A DNA stretch of 64,000 nt from Planctomycetota bacterium. GTDB lineage: Bacteria; Planctomycetota; UBA11346. This document shows, piece after piece, positions 58,279 through 64,000 of this stretch. Where the stretch lies: assembly GCA_013816485.1 (NCBI GenBank), contig JACDEI010000021.1:3802-67801 (forward strand). The letters are read 5' to 3'. The notes beneath the pieces were generated by a model, which was given only the letters and a program-made list of their open reading frames with translations, was not told the origin of the DNA and made no database searches. Within the stretch, counting starts at the first letter, position 1; each line of letters begins with the position of its first letter. The translations under genes were made by a program, and so were the position numbers.

Positions 58279-58611
58279 ATGCGCATCCATCCCGCACGTT
58301 CCCTCACCCTGCTGAGCGCCACCGTGGCGTTCGCTCTGCTGCTCACTGCCTGTGGTGGTGGCGGCGGAGGAGGTGGCGGCAGTTCGAACAGCACCGTGAC
58401 GTTAACCTACCCGAGCGGCCGCATCATGGCGGTCGGCGAGTACGAACCCGGCACCACCACCCGCAGCGGCGTGTGGAAGGAATACTTCGACCAGAACGGT
58501 TCACCGCAGCAGTGGCGCAAGACCTACGTCAGCGGTTCCTGGGACCAGGCCAAGGATTGGCGCGAATGGAATACCGACGGGTCGGTCAGAAATGATTGGA
58601 CGGATCACTGA
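58279..58611 (+). CDS. Small lipoprotein with MORN-variant-like repeats
   Basis: LTAC lipobox, poly-Gly linker, YPSG...GVWKEY...WREWNTDG. Confidence 0.75.
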   Translation: MRIHPARSLTLLSATVAFALLLTACGGGGGGGGGSSNSTVTLTYPSGRIMAVGEYEPGTTTRSGVWKEYFDQNGSPQQWRKTYVSGSWDQAKDWREWNTDGSVRNDWTDH

Positions 58612-58661
58612 GCCGGATCCGTCTCCGGCGCATGCTGCTCATCCGGCATGCGCGGTGACGG

Positions 58662-60371
58662 TCATGGCGCGGTCGGTTGCGGCGGCGTGATGGTCTCCGG
58701 CACCGGCGCAGCTACCGCCGGTTTGTCACGCAGCACGGCGAAATCCGCGAACCAGGCGTAGATCGCCAGCACCGCCACCAGCAGCGCGATGCCGCAGGGC
58801 ACCGCCCAGCGCCATGGCGTCAGGTCAACGTCGCCGCTGGGCTGCTGCACCCAGGCTTCGCTGCGCGGTTTGACCAAGCCGATGATGACCATGGTCGCCA
58901 CCGACAACGCGAAGACCAAGCCCAGGAAGTGGAAGGTGTGCAGCGCGGCGATTTTCTCGGCTAGCGCCGGGGCGAAATCCTCGAACGGGACGAAGTACAC
59001 CATGGCGATCACCAGGAACGACCCGAGCAGGCCGATCTTGGCAGCGATGGCCGGCACCCGGCGGAACAACAGGCCGACCACCACCACCGACAGGATGGGG
59101 ATGAAGTACATGCCGTTCATCTTCTGCAGGAAGCCGAAGATCGATTCCTGGCCGGCCAGGAGTGGCGCGCCGCACATCGCGGCGACGGCCATCACCAGGG
59201 CGAACCATTTGCCGGAGGCCACCACCTGTTCCTCGCTGGCGTCCTTGCGCAGGATGCCCTTGTAGATGCCCAGGCTGAAGAGCGTGGCGGTGCTGTTGAG
59301 TGCCGAGTTGAACGAGCTAAGCACCGCGCCGACGATCGCCGCGAGGAAGAAACCCGTCAGCGGCGCCGGCAGCACGTCCTTCACCAGCGTGCCGTAGGCG
59401 TTCACCGGTTTCAGATCCTGGCCGGCGTAGAGGTGGAAGGCGATCATGCCCGGCAGCACCAGGTACAGCGGTCCGAACAGCTTGAGCGCGCCGGTCAGCA
59501 GCACGCCCTTCTGGCCCTCGGCAAGGTTCTTGGCGGCGAAGGCGCGTTGGATGATCTGCTGGTTGGTGCACCAGTAGAAGGTGCACAGCAGGAGCACACC
59601 GGTGAACAAGGTGCTGAACGGCACCGCTTGTTGTGGACCACCGATGGAATTGAAACGCTCGGGATTGGAGGTCACCAGGGTGTTGAGCCCGGCCATCATG
59701 CCATCGCCCTTGCCCACCGCCGCCAAGCCGAAGCCGACGATGAGGAAACCGCCGACCAGCAGCAACACGCCATTCAAGGTGTCGCTGACCGCCACCGCGC
59801 GCAGGCCGCCAAAGATGGCGTAGATCGAGCCGATGATGCCGACCAGCCAGACCATCAGCCACAGCGCCGCGGTGTTCGATTCGATGCCGAGCAGGGCCTT
59901 GATGTTGATGATGTCGCCGAGGCCGGTGGCACCGGTGTAGAGGATCATCGGCAGCAGAATGAAGGCGTAGGCGACCAGGAAGATGAGGTTGCAGATCACC
60001 TGCGTGGTGTGGTCGAAGCGGTTTTCCAGGAACTGCGGAATGGTGGCGATACCGCCCCGCAGGAAACGCGGCAGGAAGAACAGCGCCATCAGCACCAGCG
60101 AGATGACCGTGAAGACCTCCCACGCCATCACGTGCAGGCCACCAGCGAACGCATCGCCATTGAGGCCGATGAGCTGCTCGGTCGAGAGGTTGGTCAGCAG
60201 CAGCGAACCACAGATGAACACCGCGCCGAGCGAGCGTCCGGCGAGGAAATAGCGCGACGAGGCGCCTTGTTTGTCATCACCCTCCGGACGACGGCGCGTG
60301 ATCAGCCACGTGCCGAGCGCCACCAGTCCGGTGACGATCACAAACGAGATCAAGGTGACGGCGGTGTCCAT
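58662..60371 (-). CDS. Sodium:solute symporter (SSS family, YidK-like)
   Basis: YFLAGRSL, TNLSTEQ, YWCTNQQIIQR, SSFNSALNS. Confidence 0.95.
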   Translation of the reverse strand: MDTAVTLISFVIVTGLVALGTWLITRRRPEGDDKQGASSRYFLAGRSLGAVFICGSLLLTNLSTEQLIGLNGDAFAGGLHVMAWEVFTVISLVLMALFFLPRFLRGGIATIPQFLENRFDHTTQVICNLIFLVAYAFILLPMILYTGATGLGDIINIKALLGIESNTAALWLMVWLVGIIGSIYAIFGGLRAVAVSDTLNGVLLLVGGFLIVGFGLAAVGKGDGMMAGLNTLVTSNPERFNSIGGPQQAVPFSTLFTGVLLLCTFYWCTNQQIIQRAFAAKNLAEGQKGVLLTGALKLFGPLYLVLPGMIAFHLYAGQDLKPVNAYGTLVKDVLPAPLTGFFLAAIVGAVLSSFNSALNSTATLFSLGIYKGILRKDASEEQVVASGKWFALVMAVAAMCGAPLLAGQESIFGFLQKMNGMYFIPILSVVVVGLLFRRVPAIAAKIGLLGSFLVIAMVYFVPFEDFAPALAEKIAALHTFHFLGLVFALSVATMVIIGLVKPRSEAWVQQPSGDVDLTPWRWAVPCGIALLVAVLAIYAWFADFAVLRDKPAVAAPVPETITPPQPTAP

Positions 60372-60515
60372 ACGGCGCTCCGATGCGGGGAATCAGCGGG
60401 AAGCGGCGCAGTGTGTGGCGGATGCCCAGGGAGCAATGGGAGGGCACGAAATCACCGGTTTGGCCACCGGCACACGACGGTCGTCGACAGACGTGGCCTC
60501 AAGACCACAGCGGTT

Positions 60516-61223
60516 TCACCCGTTGGCGACCAGTTCCATCAGCACCTGGGCGGCGCGCGCGGGATCCTCCTCCGCTCCCAATTCACCCGCCAACCGCAGG
60601 CGTTCGACGATCGCCTGCTGCAACAACATCCGCGCCTTGGCCAGCCGCCGATGACACGAGGTCAGCGGGATGCCGAGTTCCTTCGCCACGTCGCGCAGCG
60701 TCTTGCCGTCGATCAGGTTGGCCTTGAGCACGGCGTAGGCCTCCGGCTCCAGTGTTCCGTCGCCGGCCCAACGTTGCAGGTCGTCGAGCGCCTGCTGCAG
60801 CACGCTGAGCGCCCAGGCGCGGTCCATCGCCTGGCGTTGATCCGGCGCCGGCACGTCGCTGGCCAAGCGGTCGACCATCGGTGAGTCGTCCTCACCCGCG
60901 GCATCGATGCTGGCGTGGTCGCGCCGACGTTCATGGCGGATGGCGTTGAGCGCCGCCAGCCACGCAAGGTTCATTAAGTAGTAGCGGAAGCGCGAGCCAC
61001 TGCCGGGAGCGGCGCGTGACAGCAGCTCTGGTTTGCGCATTAGGTCGAGCAGCACGTCCTGGATCACGTCGTCGACGCGCTCGCGTCGTTCTCCCGCCAG
61101 CCGTCGACGCAGGTACTCGCCCACCGCATCGGCATACAAACCCACCAACGCCGCCGCTTGCTGCGGCTGGTCCGGCAGTCGGGCAATCAAACTCCAACGG
61201 GTGGCGGGGAAATCGACGGGCAT
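60516..61223 (-). CDS. ECF sigma-70 factor with N-terminal FPATRWSL motif
   Basis: FPATRWSLI, DDVIQD, GSRFRYYL, DRAWA, HRRLAKAR. Confidence 0.88.
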   Translation of the reverse strand: MPVDFPATRWSLIARLPDQPQQAAALVGLYADAVGEYLRRRLAGERRERVDDVIQDVLLDLMRKPELLSRAAPGSGSRFRYYLMNLAWLAALNAIRHERRRDHASIDAAGEDDSPMVDRLASDVPAPDQRQAMDRAWALSVLQQALDDLQRWAGDGTLEPEAYAVLKANLIDGKTLRDVAKELGIPLTSCHRRLAKARMLLQQAIVERLRLAGELGAEEDPARAAQVLMELVANG

Positions 61224-61352
61224 GTGCGCTCCACCCTGCGTATGCGGGCGAGGGTTCAACCCTAGGACGTCCACTTTGATCGACGCTTTCCCATCAGGAA
61301 AGTCGGCTTCAGCCGCGTCGCCACCCCACAGCGCAGTGAGTTCCCCCACACT

Positions 61353-63896
61353 TCACGGCAGACGCACCGTCACTGCGGTATCGGCCTGCCGCAGGTCGAC
61401 CGTCGTGGTTACTGTGCGGCCCTGGTGCACGACGGAGATCTCTGCTGTGCCACGCCAGGCAGTCAACGTGCTGCGCCCGGTAGCATCGCTGAGCCCGCGC
61501 GGAGTCATCCATGATTCCCGGATCGAATCGTCCCACACCTGGGCATTGGGTTTGGGCGACCAGTCGTTGCGCAACATCGCTGCCTGCGGGCGGTGGTGGT
61601 CGCCAGCCCAGAAGCCCCAGGCGAGCACCGCTGTCACTGCCGGCTGGCTGGCGAACACCGTCAGCGCATCACGGGTGTAGTCGGCTTGGAGCTGGTCGTC
61701 GTCGAGGTCGACGTCGAATTCGGTGATATGAATCGGCAGGCCGAAACGCGCGAATCGTTCGATCAGGGCATTGAGGCGTTCCGGCGACGTGAGATTGCGG
61801 CCCTGGTGGCATTGCAGGCCGAGCCCGTCGAGCGGTGCACCGGCGGCGATCAGGTCGCTGATCAGACGTTCATAGAATTCCTGACGCCGCAGATCTGCGC
61901 CACCGTCATCGAGCACGCCGTAAAGATTGAGAAATCGCGGCGTGGTAGGATCCAGTTCCTTCACAGTAGTAAACCACTGCTGGAGCAGGTCGCGACCGTC
62001 ACCTTTCAGCAGCAAGTCGGCGCTGTACGGATCGTTGATCACATCCCAGGCACTGAACTGGCCACGAAAGGCGTTCACGGTTTCGCGCAGGTGACGATCA
62101 AGCCGCTCACGGATCACCAGCGGATCATCTGAGCGCGCGCGCAGGTCCGCTGGCAGATTCTCGCGTCGCAACCACACCAGCGTGTGGCCACGCACTAGCA
62201 GACCGTGCCCGCTCAGCCACGCCGTGGCGCGTTCACTCAGGGTCGGATCACGTTCACGTTCGGGCCACTTGAGGGCGTTTTCCGGCACGGCGATGTGGAA
62301 ACGGCGCAGCAGTTCGTCGCGGAAGCGTGCGTCATCGGGGTCGGCTCCCAGCAGCCGTTCGGCGACCACCGCGGTGCCGAACCGCAACGCCGGGTCGCGC
62401 ACCCGCACCGTTACCGTCGCGTCTGGCAGTGGACGACCGGCGGAATCTTCGACCCGTACCGTCACACGGCTGAGCCGGTGCTCGGCAATACGCTGTGCTG
62501 CCGCTGTTCGCCACGGCGCATCGGCGGCCCGTCCGTCATAGGTCATCTGCGGTAGCAGCGCCCGCAGCGTGGTGGCACCATGATTGGTCAGCGTCAAGCC
62601 GGCCACCTCGATGGTTTGTCCCTGACGACCGAGCCACAACTGCGCTTCCACCGTACCGGCCTGACCATCAGCGAGGACGTGGAATGGCAGCTCGATCTGC
62701 CGCCACTGATTCGTTGCGAGCAGGGCGGCACTGAGCGACTGCACCTGGCTGCTGGGATCTTCGACCACCAGTCGGGTCTGGGCTGGCCGGCCATCGCCGC
62801 TGCGCAGCCACAGGCGTGCGAGCACCGCGTCTCCCGCACTGATCGGTGCGGTGAGGGTCATGCGCACGCGCAGAGCGTACTCGCCGGTGTGCCGTGGATC
62901 GGCGATGAGATCCGTCGGCGTGCTGATGCGCAGGGCCTGGGTGAACGGCTGGCCACTGACGCTGATGATCTCACGCGGAACACCGCGGCCATCATCCATG
63001 CCGACGCTGGCGCCGACCCAGGGATCGGATGGCAGCAGCGGACTGCCCGCTGCGCCTGGGATGGTCGGCCTGGCGGGTGGTGGGATCGGAGTTGGCACCG
63101 GCCTGGGAAGACGCGCCACCATGCCGGCACCATCAAGCGTGGCGCTGTCCTCAGCCGCGATCACCAAACCGTCCCTGCCGAGTGCGGCCAGCCGTACCCG
63201 TCCGTGGTCGACCCGCAGGTGCGTAGCGCTACGCGTCACCGTCAGGGTGAACCGTGTGCCCAGGACGGTGGCGCGGCCATGGGCGGTCCCAATGACGAAG
63301 GTGGTGCCGGGCGGTTGCGTGGTCACCACGGCGGTGAGCGATCCCCGCTCAAGATGCACACGTTCCCCACTGTCCGGTTGCACCACCACGGCACTGTCTC
63401 CGGCGAGCGCGAGCGTGCTGCCATCGCCGAAGCGCAGTTCAGCAAAGGTCAACGCCGGCACTTCCAGTCGTGCTCCGGCAGGAATCCCTGCGCCGGCAAG
63501 CAGCGGCTCGCGCCCACGACGATCGACCAGCACGACACCGTCGCCACTCGTGGTGAGCACGGCGATGCCGGGTGGCGTTGTGGACGAGGCATACGGCAGC
63601 AGCAGCACGCCAACCGCCAAGAGGATGCCGGCGGCAGCAGCGAACCACAGCAACGATGGAGATCGCCGAGGCAGACGCACCGACGCACGCACACGGCGAC
63701 TCGATGGCGAGCGGTTGGATGAGCGCGCTGCGCTGTCCGGTCTGGCACAGATCTCGGCCAACATCAGGCGTTGGCGCACCAGGGCAGCGAGCTGCGTGCG
63801 CAGCTCAGCGTCCTGCTCCAACGCTTGTTCGATGGCGTTGGCCTGGGGCTCGTCGCACTCACCATCAAGCCACGCCACCAGATCGTCGCGCATCAT
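61353..63896 (-). CDS. Anti-sigma factor: N-terminal ASD + TM + FecR + CBM-like domain + GH10 domain
   Basis: LVAWLDGE; TM; FGDGSTLAL...TAHGRATVLGTRF; ENALKW, RGHTLVW, WDVINDP, GLGLQCH, ITEFD, WGFW. Confidence 0.88.
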   Translation of the reverse strand: MMRDDLVAWLDGECDEPQANAIEQALEQDAELRTQLAALVRQRLMLAEICARPDSAARSSNRSPSSRRVRASVRLPRRSPSLLWFAAAAGILLAVGVLLLPYASSTTPPGIAVLTTSGDGVVLVDRRGREPLLAGAGIPAGARLEVPALTFAELRFGDGSTLALAGDSAVVVQPDSGERVHLERGSLTAVVTTQPPGTTFVIGTAHGRATVLGTRFTLTVTRSATHLRVDHGRVRLAALGRDGLVIAAEDSATLDGAGMVARLPRPVPTPIPPPARPTIPGAAGSPLLPSDPWVGASVGMDDGRGVPREIISVSGQPFTQALRISTPTDLIADPRHTGEYALRVRMTLTAPISAGDAVLARLWLRSGDGRPAQTRLVVEDPSSQVQSLSAALLATNQWRQIELPFHVLADGQAGTVEAQLWLGRQGQTIEVAGLTLTNHGATTLRALLPQMTYDGRAADAPWRTAAAQRIAEHRLSRVTVRVEDSAGRPLPDATVTVRVRDPALRFGTAVVAERLLGADPDDARFRDELLRRFHIAVPENALKWPERERDPTLSERATAWLSGHGLLVRGHTLVWLRRENLPADLRARSDDPLVIRERLDRHLRETVNAFRGQFSAWDVINDPYSADLLLKGDGRDLLQQWFTTVKELDPTTPRFLNLYGVLDDGGADLRRQEFYERLISDLIAAGAPLDGLGLQCHQGRNLTSPERLNALIERFARFGLPIHITEFDVDLDDDQLQADYTRDALTVFASQPAVTAVLAWGFWAGDHHRPQAAMLRNDWSPKPNAQVWDDSIRESWMTPRGLSDATGRSTLTAWRGTAEISVVHQGRTVTTTVDLRQADTAVTVRLP

Positions 63897-64000
63897 GGCG
63901 CACCGTCCGGGTGTTTGAGCGACAGCCCATCCTTGACGCACGCCAGCAAGGCCGCGCGCACACGGAACATCCGCACCTTGACCCACGACAACGTGCGGCT
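63893..64000 (-). CDS. C-terminal fragment of an ECF sigma factor (region 4); 5' part outside window
   Basis: Manual translation SRTLSWVKVRMFRVRAALLACVKDG...*; ATGA overlap with the FecR-GH10 start. Confidence 0.8.
   Translation of the reverse strand, partial: SRTLSWVKVRMFRVRAALLACVKDGLSLKHPDGAP

Overview
A 64 kb, high-GC, gene-dense bacterial chromosomal segment. The gene content (ECF/FecR pairs, an 'FPATRWSL' ECF sigma factor, an SBP-OmpA fusion, a GSDH-cytochrome c fusion) suggests Planctomycetota/PVC, which is an inference. Housekeeping genes include scpA (5'-truncated, fused), tsaD, nrdJ, a two-subunit fumarate hydratase, cysQ, a PilB/GspE ATPase, pyk, nrnA, dedA and rpoD. They are interleaved with signalling genes (a sensorless His-kinase relay, a Ser/Thr kinase, three ECF sigma factors, two FecR anti-sigma fusions), a RimK-type ATP-grasp/GNAT operon, a PilGHI-like ABC system and sugar-utilisation genes. 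I found no rRNA, tRNA, CRISPR array, integrase or transposase. The most notable observations are: (1) a FecR anti-sigma factor fused to a GH10 domain whose acid/base Glu is replaced by Asp, possibly a pseudo-enzyme glycan sensor; (2) ScpA fused in frame through a long disordered linker to a TM helix and alpha-2-macroglobulin-like domains; (3) a 200-bp element after rpoD built of multi-way junctions with seven GNA-triloop hairpins; (4) an 11-bp-phased array of DnaA-box-like 9-mers upstream of nrdJ; (5) recurrent intergenic inverted 7-9-mer tandem repeats and REPIN-like elements. All assignments come from motif recognition by eye and no database searches were run.
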